From Flavobacteriaceae bacterium (GTDB taxonomy: Bacteria > Bacteroidota > Bacteroidia > Flavobacteriales > Flavobacteriaceae), in NCBI GenBank assembly GCA_003963025.1, contig RXJZ01000039.1, positions 3,249 through 67,248 on the forward strand: DNA of 64,000 nucleotides. The letters run 5' to 3'. Both the position numbers and the translations under genes were made by a program. The first letter of the stretch is position 1. Every line of letters begins with the position of its first letter. The notes under the pieces are model-generated. The model was not told where the DNA came from, did not search any database, and worked only from the letters and a program-made list of their open reading frames with translations. This document shows positions 41,346 to 50,870 of the stretch, one piece after another.

Positions 41346-41777
41346 ACCGCAGATTCGCAGATTTTTATTTTTTTGAAAGTGCAACTCTTTTGTGTTCAAG
41401 CGATACAGAATTAAAATTAACTAAAAGTGCTAATTCATTTCCTGAAACTTTCAAATAATTTAAACATTGATTGTAATGTGCATTGTTAAAACAATCGACA
41501 GTTTTTATTTCTAATATTATTTCGTTAAAAACTACAAAATCAGCATAAAACTTGTGTTTCAATACGGTGTTTTTATAGTTTACTACATATTCTTTTTCTC
41601 TTTCGTAGGGAATATTTGCTTGTTGGAGCTCAAATTCAATAGCATCTTTATAAACAATTTCAGAAAATCCTTTTCCTAAATTTTTATGGACTTCAAATAG
41701 AATTCCAATGATTTGGTAGGTTTTGTCTTTGTATAAAAAATCATCCATAATACTATTTTAATCTGCGAATCAGCGGT
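41346..41777. mobile_element. Candidate IR-bounded GxxExxY nuclease element
   Basis: ACCGCAGATTCGCAGATT (41346-41363) and AATCTGCGAATCAGCGGT (41760-41777) are 17/18 inverted repeats enclosing only the GxxExxY gene. Confidence 0.5.
41365..41748 (-). CDS. GxxExxY protein (PD-(D/E)XK nuclease superfamily)
   Basis: LGKGFSEIVY, ADFVV...IILEIK, Q.LNYLK and ALLVNF. Confidence 0.9.
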   Translation of the reverse strand: MDDFLYKDKTYQIIGILFEVHKNLGKGFSEIVYKDAIEFELQQANIPYEREKEYVVNYKNTVLKHKFYADFVVFNEIILEIKTVDCFNNAHYNQCLNYLKVSGNELALLVNFNSVSLEHKRVALSKK

Positions 41778-41781
41778 TTTT

Positions 41782-42348
41782 TTATTTGCGAATCACTTTT
41801 ACTTGGCTGTCTAAACCTAATTTAATTATAGTAGAAGGATTTTTGCAAACTTTATCGTGGTGCAAATTTACTACATAGTCCACACCTTTTATAATTTCGG
41901 GACTAATTTCTTTGAAAGTTTTTGGTGTAGGTTCTCCCGAAATATTTGCTGAGGTAGAAACCAATGGTTTTTTCATGCGTTCCATTAACTTAAAACAAAA
42001 AGGTTCGGTAACTATTCGAACTCCTAACGTATTATCTTCAGCCACAATATTTTTGGCTACATTTCGAGGATTGTCTAAAATTAAAGTGGTTGGTTTTTCA
42101 GATAAATCTAGAATTTGCCAAGCCACATCAGGAATTTCTTTGAAAACGTTATACATCATACGTTCGCCATTCATTAAAACAATCATACTTTTGGTTTCTT
42201 CACGTTGTTTTAAAGCATATATTTTTTTTACAGCTTCTTCATTAGTGGCATCGCAACCAATTCCCCAAACGGTGTCAGTTGGATATAAGATAATACCGCC
42301 ATTTTTTATAACTTCGAATGCGTTGTGAACTTCAGTGTTGATATCCAT
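41782..42348 (-). CDS. tsaC: L-threonylcarbamoyladenylate synthase (TsaC/YrdC/Sua5)
   Basis: YPTDTVWGIGCD, K.R and STSANISG. Confidence 0.88.
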   Translation of the reverse strand: MDINTEVHNAFEVIKNGGIILYPTDTVWGIGCDATNEEAVKKIYALKQREETKSMIVLMNGERMMYNVFKEIPDVAWQILDLSEKPTTLILDNPRNVAKNIVAEDNTLGVRIVTEPFCFKLMERMKKPLVSTSANISGEPTPKTFKEISPEIIKGVDYVVNLHHDKVCKNPSTIIKLGLDSQVKVIRK

Positions 42349-42349
42349 C

Positions 42350-43243
42350 TTAAAGATTTAAATAATTGAATGCTTTTTCTGCAAATTTAATATTAGTTGC
42401 TCTACATTCTTCCAAAAGGCCATCGTATGTTGTTCCTTTATTCAAATGATGTAAAGATTCATCAAAAGTCGAAATGATAGGTTGGTGTTTAAAATCGTAA
42501 AATTTTGAAGAATTTGGTATTGCAATAACTTTCTTTTCCATTAACATAGCCCAATACATGGTGTGATAACTATCAGTAATAATATTATCTGAACTCCCAA
42601 TGAATGCAATTAAGTCTTCTAAATTAGTAGTGTTTGAAGAAGTAGCAAAATTTTGATATTTTTTAGTAATGCTTTCTTTTTTTAATGTGTCTTTGTGAAA
42701 AACAACGCCAACTTCATTTTTAACTTCAAATTTTTGGTCAAAAATAGGGTGCATGCAACTTACACAAGGTACATATTCGCCTGGCATGTTGTAATCTCTA
42801 GTTCCAACTAATCCAAATTTATTGATGTCAATATTGTATTTTGAAACTTTACCATAAGTTTTTGGTGATTTTTCGTTATGACCAACTCCCCAAAGCACTA
42901 TTTTCTTTCCTTTAGTAGTTAACTTTTCAAACATTTTCATTTGCATCACAAAACCATCACGATTTAATAAACCGCCACCACCTACAATTAAAGAACGTTC
43001 AGAAATTTCATTAATAAAATGATTTCTAACTTCTTTATCTTCACTTTTGTAATCAAAAATATCCAGACTCTTTCCTTTTAAAACATCAAAATAATGATGT
43101 GGAGCACAATAAAAATCTCCAATATTTTTTTTATCGATTCTATGAATATTAATCACATCATTGTTGTGTTGTTCCTTTTCTAAAATAGATTGGATAACAC
43201 TTCTTTTGATTAAATTTCGTTTTATGGATTTGAAGATATTCAT
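42350..43243 (-). CDS. Polysaccharide pyruvyl transferase-like protein
   Basis: NIGD, VGGGGL, WGVG, GTRD and TDSYH. Confidence 0.65.
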   Translation of the reverse strand: MNIFKSIKRNLIKRSVIQSILEKEQHNNDVINIHRIDKKNIGDFYCAPHHYFDVLKGKSLDIFDYKSEDKEVRNHFINEISERSLIVGGGGLLNRDGFVMQMKMFEKLTTKGKKIVLWGVGHNEKSPKTYGKVSKYNIDINKFGLVGTRDYNMPGEYVPCVSCMHPIFDQKFEVKNEVGVVFHKDTLKKESITKKYQNFATSSNTTNLEDLIAFIGSSDNIITDSYHTMYWAMLMEKKVIAIPNSSKFYDFKHQPIISTFDESLHHLNKGTTYDGLLEECRATNIKFAEKAFNYLNL

Positions 43244-43326
43244 GAAGGATTTTTTTTTGATACCACAAAACTATAAATTATTTTATATTTGAAGGTAAAT
43301 CGCCAACATTGTTTTATTTTCGCATT

Positions 43327-44091
43327 ATGAAAAGTACTTTTAATCCCGAATTTTTAGATAAAAAAGAAGTCATCCAAAATTGTGTTACTAACTATTACAA
43401 TTTTGGCACTTTTATTTATGAAGGAAATAGAAATAGCATCAAGATTTTTGATTTAGAAGACAGTACAATTTGTATTAAAGCATTCAAAAAACCACATCTT
43501 TTCAATAAAATAATGTATACTTATTTTAGAAAAAGTAAAGCAAAGCGTTCGTTTGAATATGCAAAATTATTGTTGGAAAAGGGAATTGGAACGCCAAAAC
43601 CAATTGCTTATTATGAGAATTTTGATAGTCTAGGATTAAACGACAGCTATTATGTCAGCGAGTTTCTAAAGAGCGATTTTAGATATCGAGAACTATTAAA
43701 AATGGAAGATGAGGTGAAAAAAGAAGCTGTTTTAAGACAATTTGTTGCTTTTACCTATAAGTTACACCAAGCTAATATTGAATTTATTGACCATTCCACA
43801 GGAAATACTTTGATTAAAGATTTAGGAAATGGACAATATGCTTTTTATTTAGTAGATTTAAATAGAACCAATTTCGATAAAAAATTGACTTTTGAAGAGC
43901 GTATGAAAAACTTTTCGAAATTAACATCAAGCGAAGCTATTATTGCTATTATGAGCGATGAATATGCAAAATTATCAGGAGAAAATAAAGAAATGGTTTT
44001 CAATGCCATGTGGAAAGCTACACAGGAATTTCAGCATCAGTTTTACAGAAAAAAAAGATTGAAAAAGAAATTAAAGTTCTGGAAAAAGTAG
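43327..44091 (+). CDS. Lipopolysaccharide kinase (Kdo kinase/WaaP/InaA family)
   Basis: KAKRSFE, GIGTPKPIAY, LHQANIEFIDHSTGNTL and LVDLNR. Confidence 0.8.
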   Translation: MKSTFNPEFLDKKEVIQNCVTNYYNFGTFIYEGNRNSIKIFDLEDSTICIKAFKKPHLFNKIMYTYFRKSKAKRSFEYAKLLLEKGIGTPKPIAYYENFDSLGLNDSYYVSEFLKSDFRYRELLKMEDEVKKEAVLRQFVAFTYKLHQANIEFIDHSTGNTLIKDLGNGQYAFYLVDLNRTNFDKKLTFEERMKNFSKLTSSEAIIAIMSDEYAKLSGENKEMVFNAMWKATQEFQHQFYRKKRLKKKLKFWKK

Positions 44092-44116
44092 TATTTTCAC
44101 TTTTTAATTCATTTAG

Positions 44117-44929
44117 ATGAAATTATCTGTTATCATTACTACTTACAATTCGGAAGAATGGCTTGCAAAAGTTCTCGAAGGTTATTGTAATCAAACCGAG
44201 AAGGATTTTGAAGTAGTAATTGCAGACGATGGTTCCACTGAAAAAACGAAAGAAGTTATTGCTTCTTTTTCATCTAAATTTAAGTATCCCATTATACATG
44301 TTTGGCAACCCGATGAAGGATTTCAAAAATGTAAAATACTGAATAAAGCAGTTTTAAAAACGACTACAGATTATCTGCTTTTTACTGATGGTGATTGTAT
44401 TCCAAGGAAAGATTTTATCGCACAACATTTAAAGTATAAAGAAGAAGGCTATTTTCTTTCGGGTGGCTATTTTAAATTACCGCTGTCTATTTCTAAGTTA
44501 ATTTCGTTTGAAAATATTAGAAAGCAGGATTGTTTTTCAATTCGTTGGTTAACGAAAAACGGATTAAAGTATAGTTTTAAACTCTCAAAGCTGACTAAAA
44601 TCAATCTTTTTGCTCAATTTATGAATTGGATTACGCCTACCAAAAAAACATTTAATGGTCATAATACGTCTTGTTTTAAAAAGGATTTGTTAGCCGTGAA
44701 TGGTTTTAATGAAGACATGAAATATGGTGGATTAGACAGAGAATTAGGTGAACGTTTATTCAATTTAGGAATTTTGTCAAAACAAATTCGATATAGTGCA
44801 ATTTGTATTCATTTAGACCACGAAAGAGGCTATTTTAGTCAGGAAGAATGGAATAAAAATCTTGAAATTAGAAATTACAACAGCAAGCACAATATCATCA
44901 AAATTAAAAACGGAATCGAAAAACTATAG
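44117..44929 (+). CDS. Glycosyltransferase family 2
   Basis: SVIITTYN, ADDGS, FTDGDC and NGFNE...GLD. Confidence 0.9.
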   Translation: MKLSVIITTYNSEEWLAKVLEGYCNQTEKDFEVVIADDGSTEKTKEVIASFSSKFKYPIIHVWQPDEGFQKCKILNKAVLKTTTDYLLFTDGDCIPRKDFIAQHLKYKEEGYFLSGGYFKLPLSISKLISFENIRKQDCFSIRWLTKNGLKYSFKLSKLTKINLFAQFMNWITPTKKTFNGHNTSCFKKDLLAVNGFNEDMKYGGLDRELGERLFNLGILSKQIRYSAICIHLDHERGYFSQEEWNKNLEIRNYNSKHNIIKIKNGIEKL

Positions 44930-45961
44930 TTTAAACATTTTATTGATTTTGTATCTTCTAAATAAAGATAATTTTCGTCTCTCAGGAACACCATTTCTTT
45001 TAATATACTCTTCAACCGCTTTAACCATGCGTTCTGCCGATTTTCCATCGCTATAAGGATGATAATTGTTGTAGATTTCTTTTCTTGTTTTTGAAAAAGG
45101 ATCTTCGGTTAAATTAGAAGCTACTAAATTCTCTAACTGATTATAATCAAAACTGTTTTCCCAAACAATATTTTCTGAAATATTTTTAAACGTAATAACA
45201 GGTTTATCTAATAATAAAAACTCATAAATCACAGAAGAAGTATCGCTAATCATTATATCTGCCATTAAAAGAAACTTAATAATGTTTTTTTCGGTTTCAA
45301 AAATAATATTTGGAGTTTCTTGTGCTAATTTTCGATATACTTCTAACCAGTTTTCAGCCATCAGAGGATGAAATTTCAGTAGAATAAGGTAATCAGGATG
45401 ATTTGTTGCTAATGATTTAATTTGTTCCACCAAATGCGGAGCTGAAGTCAATTTTGGTGAAAAGGTTGGAGCATATAGTAAAACTTTAGAAGCATTATTT
45501 TGCTTTAAAAGTAGCTGTTTTTTAGCTTCATATTTAGTTTTTTCAGTTCCGTAAATGTCAAGTTTTGGCCAACCGGTTTCAATGACTTCAAAATCTTTGT
45601 ATTTGTTTTTGAATTCAATAAATCTTTTGGTGAAAAACGGACCTTGTGTTAAATACAAATCGAAATAATGACGAATTCTAAAATGCCCTTTTTTCTCACC
45701 TGCTAAACCATGAAAAACCTGAACTTTTACTCCGCGTAAATAATGAGGCACTTCATTTCCAGGTACAAAAATAGCATCACTTTGATACGTGATTAATTCA
45801 CCAATTGAAGTGGTATAAGGTTCGTTTTTATAAGGATAATCATGGATTATTTTTGGATTTACATACCAAATATACTCGTGTCCGTTATCAACTAAATACG
45901 TTTTTATGGGTTCTAAAATCCCAAAAGCATAATTATTTTGACAAAACAAGACACACTTCAT
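44924..45961 (-). CDS. CDP-glycerol:glycerophosphotransferase (TagF-like) family protein
   Basis: QVFHG, TGWPKLD, LYAPTF, KFHP and ISDTSSVIYEF. Confidence 0.8.
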   Translation of the reverse strand: MKCVLFCQNNYAFGILEPIKTYLVDNGHEYIWYVNPKIIHDYPYKNEPYTTSIGELITYQSDAIFVPGNEVPHYLRGVKVQVFHGLAGEKKGHFRIRHYFDLYLTQGPFFTKRFIEFKNKYKDFEVIETGWPKLDIYGTEKTKYEAKKQLLLKQNNASKVLLYAPTFSPKLTSAPHLVEQIKSLATNHPDYLILLKFHPLMAENWLEVYRKLAQETPNIIFETEKNIIKFLLMADIMISDTSSVIYEFLLLDKPVITFKNISENIVWENSFDYNQLENLVASNLTEDPFSKTRKEIYNNYHPYSDGKSAERMVKAVEEYIKRNGVPERRKLSLFRRYKINKMFKL

Positions 45962-45963
45962 AA

Positions 45964-46644
45964 TTAGAACAATTTGTTTACGTTTTCTAAATCTTCCACA
46001 AAGTCAATTTCCATACAATTGTATTTAGAAATATCAACAGCTTGAATTTTAATATTGTCTTTTTCTATGGCTAATTCTAATCCTCTTTCAAAATAATCAT
46101 TCACATCGCATTCCTCTAAACGATTAATAAATGCCTGGATGTCATTTGAAGAAATAAAGTTGATTCCAACCGCTTCTCCTAAGCCATTTTTTACGGTTTT
46201 AGAAAGCTCATTAATAAAGCCATCTTTTAAAGTATATTTCACTTCTTCATCTGCAACTTTACTAGTATTTACAGCAACAAATGAAGTGTTTGATTCGATA
46301 TACGGATTTAAAATATCTAATAATTTACCATCAAAAACCACATCACCATTGAACCATAAAACACTATTTGTTCTATATTTTTTTAGCGCTCTAACTAAAC
46401 TTTTTGATGTATTGGTTTGATCAAAAAAAGGATTATAAATATACGTTAATTCTGGAAAACGTTCCATGATTAAGTCTTTTTTAAAACCAATAACAACATT
46501 AATGTCATCAATATCATATTTTGACGAAATGTTGTCAATTTGAGTTTCCATAATGCTCTTTCCATTTTTCAATGGAGTTAATGGTTTTGGAAATGGATTT
46601 CCTAATCTTGAGCCAATTCCAGCCGCGAGAATTACTATTTTCAT
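45964..46644 (-). CDS. LicC-like phosphocholine/sugar-phosphate cytidylyltransferase
   Basis: ILAAGIGSRL...PKPL, NGDV, GEAVGI and EIDF.EDL. Confidence 0.75.
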   Translation of the reverse strand: MKIVILAAGIGSRLGNPFPKPLTPLKNGKSIMETQIDNISSKYDIDDINVVIGFKKDLIMERFPELTYIYNPFFDQTNTSKSLVRALKKYRTNSVLWFNGDVVFDGKLLDILNPYIESNTSFVAVNTSKVADEEVKYTLKDGFINELSKTVKNGLGEAVGINFISSNDIQAFINRLEECDVNDYFERGLELAIEKDNIKIQAVDISKYNCMEIDFVEDLENVNKLF

Positions 46645-46784
46645 ATTTTTTTTGGGTTTAAAAAACGAATTTCAAAGGTAACTTTATTTTTTATTTACAA
46701 AAACTATTTTTTTTTTTGATTTTGATAAACCAAATCTTTGTATAAATTTGCTTTGTTAAAAAAATGTGAAATTTTAATTCATTT

Positions 46785-47414
46785 ATGGAAGCAGTATTTG
46801 TAGAAAAGTTTATTTCAAAATATCCAAATTGGTCTGTAAAATCAGATTCTACAGTAACTTTCGATTTTTTATTAGTTAGTAAAATTGAGGGTAATGATGA
46901 TGAACTAATTGCTATTCTATCCGAATTAAACGAAGCATTTAAAAGCGCGAACTATACTATTGAAATTAGTAATTTCAAAACCTACGAAATCAAAGTTAAA
47001 GAAGTTCAAACTCCAAAAAAATATAGAAGAATGTATACTTCTGGTTGTTTTGATATTTTTCATTATGGTCATTTGAATATTTTGAAAAAAACAAAAGAAC
47101 TATGTGATTATCTTATCGTTGGCGTTTCAACAGATGAATTAATTGAGAAAGAGAAAGGAAGATTACCTGTTATTCCATTTCATGAACGAATCAATGTAGT
47201 TAAAGCCATTAAATATGTTGATGAAGTTATTCCTCAAGTGGATAAAAACAAACAAAAAGTGATTGATGAATACCAAATCGATGCTATTTCAGTAGGTGAT
47301 GATTGGAAAGGAAGATTTCCAGCAACTTCTTGTCCTGTAGAATATTTTGCTTATACCGAAAATGTGAGCAGTACAATTTTAAAACAAACGCTAAGATTAG
47401 ATAATAAATCTTAA
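46785..47414 (+). CDS. TagD-like cytidylyltransferase with an N-terminal extension
   Basis: TSGCFDIFHYGH, VGVSTD, GDDW and SST. Confidence 0.82.
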   Translation: MEAVFVEKFISKYPNWSVKSDSTVTFDFLLVSKIEGNDDELIAILSELNEAFKSANYTIEISNFKTYEIKVKEVQTPKKYRRMYTSGCFDIFHYGHLNILKKTKELCDYLIVGVSTDELIEKEKGRLPVIPFHERINVVKAIKYVDEVIPQVDKNKQKVIDEYQIDAISVGDDWKGRFPATSCPVEYFAYTENVSSTILKQTLRLDNKS

Positions 47415-47992
47415 GCTAAAGCTTTGTCATCTGTAGCTGTATTCCAATCTTTTACCGGTGTTTGCCAATTGCCGTAACGATACGTTAAATATTCGTCTGT
47501 TAATTCTGGGGTGCTGTAATCAAATCCTCTGAAAGAAAGAGTATTAAAGTTTTCGTAAAATTTAGTTGGAACAAACTTTGTTTTATTTGCAATTTCCCAA
47601 TAGTGTTTGTCTTCAATAGGATATTTAATAAAAATATCAGCACAAACCTTACCTTTTAATAAACCAAAAAAGCGTTTTTCGCGAATTTTTATCATGCGTA
47701 AAGTTCCTGCTTTAAAAAAATCATTAGACACTTCAAAATGTCTTGTTTTTACACGATAACCTGCTTTTTTAAGTGCAATAATAAAACTTTCTAATTTATC
47801 ATTTTGAGTCGATTTTACTGAAAAATCAATATCGTTATCCCAAGGCAATAAACGATTTTCTCTTCTTATTCCTAAAAGTGTTCCGCCTTCAATCCAATAT
47901 TCTATGTTGCAAGAATTAAATATCTTCGCGATGTTTTCAAGCATTCGTTCCGCAACAAGCATGTTTTTTCCTTCAAGCGTAATATCGTACAT
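47411..47992 (-). CDS. LicD family phosphotransferase
   Basis: GGTLLGIRR...PWDNDID, DIF and YLTYRYGNW. Confidence 0.85.
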   Translation of the reverse strand: MYDITLEGKNMLVAERMLENIAKIFNSCNIEYWIEGGTLLGIRRENRLLPWDNDIDFSVKSTQNDKLESFIIALKKAGYRVKTRHFEVSNDFFKAGTLRMIKIREKRFFGLLKGKVCADIFIKYPIEDKHYWEIANKTKFVPTKFYENFNTLSFRGFDYSTPELTDEYLTYRYGNWQTPVKDWNTATDDKALA

Positions 47993-48001
47993 AATTAGGT
48001 T

Positions 48002-48379
48002 TTATAAGTTTGAATTTAGAAAGATAGTTAGATTATCTAAATTTTCTAGTTTGTTGTAATGAAAAGTTGTAATTCCTACAGATTTTGCCGAAGCAACGGC
48101 ATCTGCATTATGCTCAAAATAAATAACATCAGCAGCTTTTAAATTGAAATGTTGTAGCATTTTTACAAAGTAATCCGAATCGGTTTTATTAGGATTATGA
48201 GCCAAAGAGAAAACTGGATAAGGCATATTTACAATACCAAATTTAATTAATTCTTCCTCATTAGCATTGGTTAGAATAATTTTGTTATTTGGATAAAAAT
48301 CAAGTAGCTTTTGCAAGTCATTATTAATTCCTTCCTCAGTCACAAAAGTATTCCAAGCGTCAACTAAAATGGTTTTCAT
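48002..48379 (-). CDS. Small HAD-like hydrolase
   Basis: ILVDAWNT, LTN, PNK and A.SVGI (degenerate HAD motifs). Confidence 0.6.
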   Translation of the reverse strand: MKTILVDAWNTFVTEEGINNDLQKLLDFYPNNKIILTNANEEELIKFGIVNMPYPVFSLAHNPNKTDSDYFVKMLQHFNLKAADVIYFEHNADAVASAKSVGITTFHYNKLENLDNLTIFLNSNL

Positions 48380-49443
48380 TAGAGATTGTTTTTTAAGAAT
48401 ATGTCCAATTCCTGCATGAAAAATTCGGGTTGAAAAGCTTTGTAATAAAAAGCATAATTTTCATGAAATTCTTTTCTTTTCTTTTCTTTAAAAAGTTCGG
48501 GTTGATAATCATTTAAATGAACAGCTTTGTTAATGATTCCATCATCAAAAATGCTCCAACTTTCTTTTTTAATCCAAGGAGAAAAAATAGTAAAAGATGG
48601 TTTTTGCAATGCTTTCGCAATATTTACAGCGCCACCATCATTTCCAATAATCAACGAGCAATGGTGCATAATCTTGATAAACGAACGCAAATCGCTACCA
48701 ATTAAATCCAAAATAATATGTTGTTTGGTTTTTTCATTGCATTTGTTGTAGATAGAAAGCGCTTCTTTTTGTTGTTTTGGTGTGTAATTAAAAAGAATTT
48801 TTACGGCATCATGTTCTGCTACAAAATCAATCAATTTTACCATGTAATCTTCAGGATATGTTTTGCTAACTTCACTTCCTAAAATGCTTATCATGATAAC
48901 TTTTTCAGAAGCTAAATCAATTCCGTGTTGTTTGAAAACGGGAATCATTTCAGCTTTTTCACTTTCTAACAAATGCAATTTTGGAAAAGGGTCAATAGTA
49001 TTCTTTTTAATTAATTTTTCAAACAAATTAATTCTTCTTTCAATAGCCAAACCATAATATGATTTAGGTTTGTTATGATGTTTTTCTTTTTGATTGTAGG
49101 CAATTCCTAAGCCTTTATTTAGGTACCCAATTCTTTTTTGTGCACCCGAAAAAAGAGTTATCAAACTACTTTCTAATTTGGCATACGGGTCAATTACGAT
49201 ATCATATTTTTTACGTCTAATTTGAAGCAAAAACTTAAAAAAAGAAATATAATTCGCTCTGAATTTATCTTCAAAGAGAATTACATTATCGATATACGGA
49301 TTTTTTTCTATAACCGGAGTTGTGAAGGAATTTACTAAGTAATCCACTTGGGCATCAGGGTATTCTTTCTTTAGATTTTCGCAAATCATAGAACTAATCA
49401 ACACATCACCAATCATTTTTTGTTGGACTACAAGTATTTTCAT
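48379..49443 (-). CDS. Glycosyltransferase family 9
   Basis: IGDVL and IGNDGGAVNIAKAL. Confidence 0.85.
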   Translation of the reverse strand: MKILVVQQKMIGDVLISSMICENLKKEYPDAQVDYLVNSFTTPVIEKNPYIDNVILFEDKFRANYISFFKFLLQIRRKKYDIVIDPYAKLESSLITLFSGAQKRIGYLNKGLGIAYNQKEKHHNKPKSYYGLAIERRINLFEKLIKKNTIDPFPKLHLLESEKAEMIPVFKQHGIDLASEKVIMISILGSEVSKTYPEDYMVKLIDFVAEHDAVKILFNYTPKQQKEALSIYNKCNEKTKQHIILDLIGSDLRSFIKIMHHCSLIIGNDGGAVNIAKALQKPSFTIFSPWIKKESWSIFDDGIINKAVHLNDYQPELFKEKKRKEFHENYAFYYKAFQPEFFMQELDIFLKNNL

Positions 49444-49458
49444 CTACACTTAAATTAA

Positions 49459-50274
49459 TTAAACCGCTACGTTATATTCTCTCAATGCATCATTTAAAGA
49501 AGTCTTCAAATCGGTTGAAGGTTTTCTTTGACCAATGATAATCGCACAAGGAACTTGATAATCTCCCGCAGGGAATTTCTTCGTATAACTTCCAGGAATT
49601 ACTACTGAACGAGCAGGAACAACTCCTTTATATTCAATTGGTTCATCACCAGTAACATCAATAATTTTCGTAGAACCAGTTAAGCATACGTTCGCACCTA
49701 AAACTGCTTCTTTTCCTACATGAACACCTTCTACCACAATACATCTTGAACCGATGAAAGCACCATCTTCAATAATTACGGGAGCGGCTTGTAAAGGTTC
49801 TAAAACACCACCAATTCCAACACCACCCGAAAGGTGAACATGTTTTCCAATTTGCGCACAACTTCCTACGGTTGCCCAAGTATCTACCATCGTACCTTCA
49901 TCTACATAAGCGCCAATATTGACATAACTTGGCATCAAAATTACTCCACTTGAAATATAAGCACCATATCGCGCCACAGCATTTGGAACTACACGAATTC
50001 CTTTTTCAGCATAATTGCGTTTCAATAACATTTTATCGTGATATTCAAAAATACCCGATTCCCAAGTTTCCATTTTTTGAATAGGAAAGTACATTACCAC
50101 TGCTTTTTTAACCCATTCGTTTACTTGCCAACCGTTTTCAACTGGTTCAGCTACACGAAGTTTTCCGCTATCTAATAATTCGATAACTTCTCTAATGGCT
50201 TTTTGCGTAGTTTCTTCTTGTAATAAAGCACGATTTTCCCACGCTTGTTCTATTGTAGATCGTAAATTGGTCAT
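49459..50274 (-). CDS. dapD: Tetrahydrodipicolinate N-succinyltransferase
   Basis: WQVNEWVKKAV, PSYVNIGAYVD and GGVLEPLQA. Start is 50274 or 50283. Confidence 0.93.
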   Translation of the reverse strand: MTNLRSTIEQAWENRALLQEETTQKAIREVIELLDSGKLRVAEPVENGWQVNEWVKKAVVMYFPIQKMETWESGIFEYHDKMLLKRNYAEKGIRVVPNAVARYGAYISSGVILMPSYVNIGAYVDEGTMVDTWATVGSCAQIGKHVHLSGGVGIGGVLEPLQAAPVIIEDGAFIGSRCIVVEGVHVGKEAVLGANVCLTGSTKIIDVTGDEPIEYKGVVPARSVVIPGSYTKKFPAGDYQVPCAIIIGQRKPSTDLKTSLNDALREYNVAV

Positions 50275-50391
50275 AATTTTCAAAATTTGTGTAGCAAAGA
50301 TAAATCATTTGTTTGAAAGCAAAAATCAATAGTTTAAACTTTAGAGTCTATTTTATGAATCAAAATGCCTTATTTTTGTAAAAAAAATAAA

Positions 50392-50805
50392 ATGCCACGA
50401 ATTTTAGCCATAGATTACGGAATCAAAAGAACAGGAATTGCCATTACTGATGAAATGCAGATGATAGCTTTTGGGCTAACTACAATTCCATCAGACACAG
50501 CAATTACGTTTTTAAAAGACTATTTTTCGAAAGAAAGAGTAGAACGAGTAATCGTTGGTGAACCCAAGCAAATGGACGGAACGCCTTCGCAAAGTGCCGA
50601 AATCATTAATGCTTTTGTGGTGAAATTTCAAACCGCTTTCCCTGAAATGCCGGTGGATAGAGTAGATGAACGATTTACTTCTAAAATGGCATTTCAAACG
50701 ATGATCGATAGCGGTTTGAAAAAGAAACAACGCCAAAATAAAGCTTTGGTTGACGAAATTGCCGCAACAATTATGCTTCAAGATTATTTACATTATAAAA
50801 AATAG
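50392..50805 (+). CDS. ruvX: Holliday junction resolvase-like RuvX/YqgF
   Basis: LAIDYG.KRTGIA, DERFTS and VDEIAATIMLQ. Confidence 0.92.
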   Translation: MPRILAIDYGIKRTGIAITDEMQMIAFGLTTIPSDTAITFLKDYFSKERVERVIVGEPKQMDGTPSQSAEIINAFVVKFQTAFPEMPVDRVDERFTSKMAFQTMIDSGLKKKQRQNKALVDEIAATIMLQDYLHYKK

Positions 50806-50870
50806 TACTTTTGCACGGAATTTGATGTAACAAATCCGATTTTAAGTTTACAAATAATAAAATTTACAAA

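Noticed and set aside
41340-41399. N-terminal extension of cca overlapping the GxxExxY gene
   Set aside because: It reads through the inverted repeat. ATG 41339 gives a normal N-terminus. Similar over-extended starts were trimmed for rimO, proS, accC, ruvX and others.
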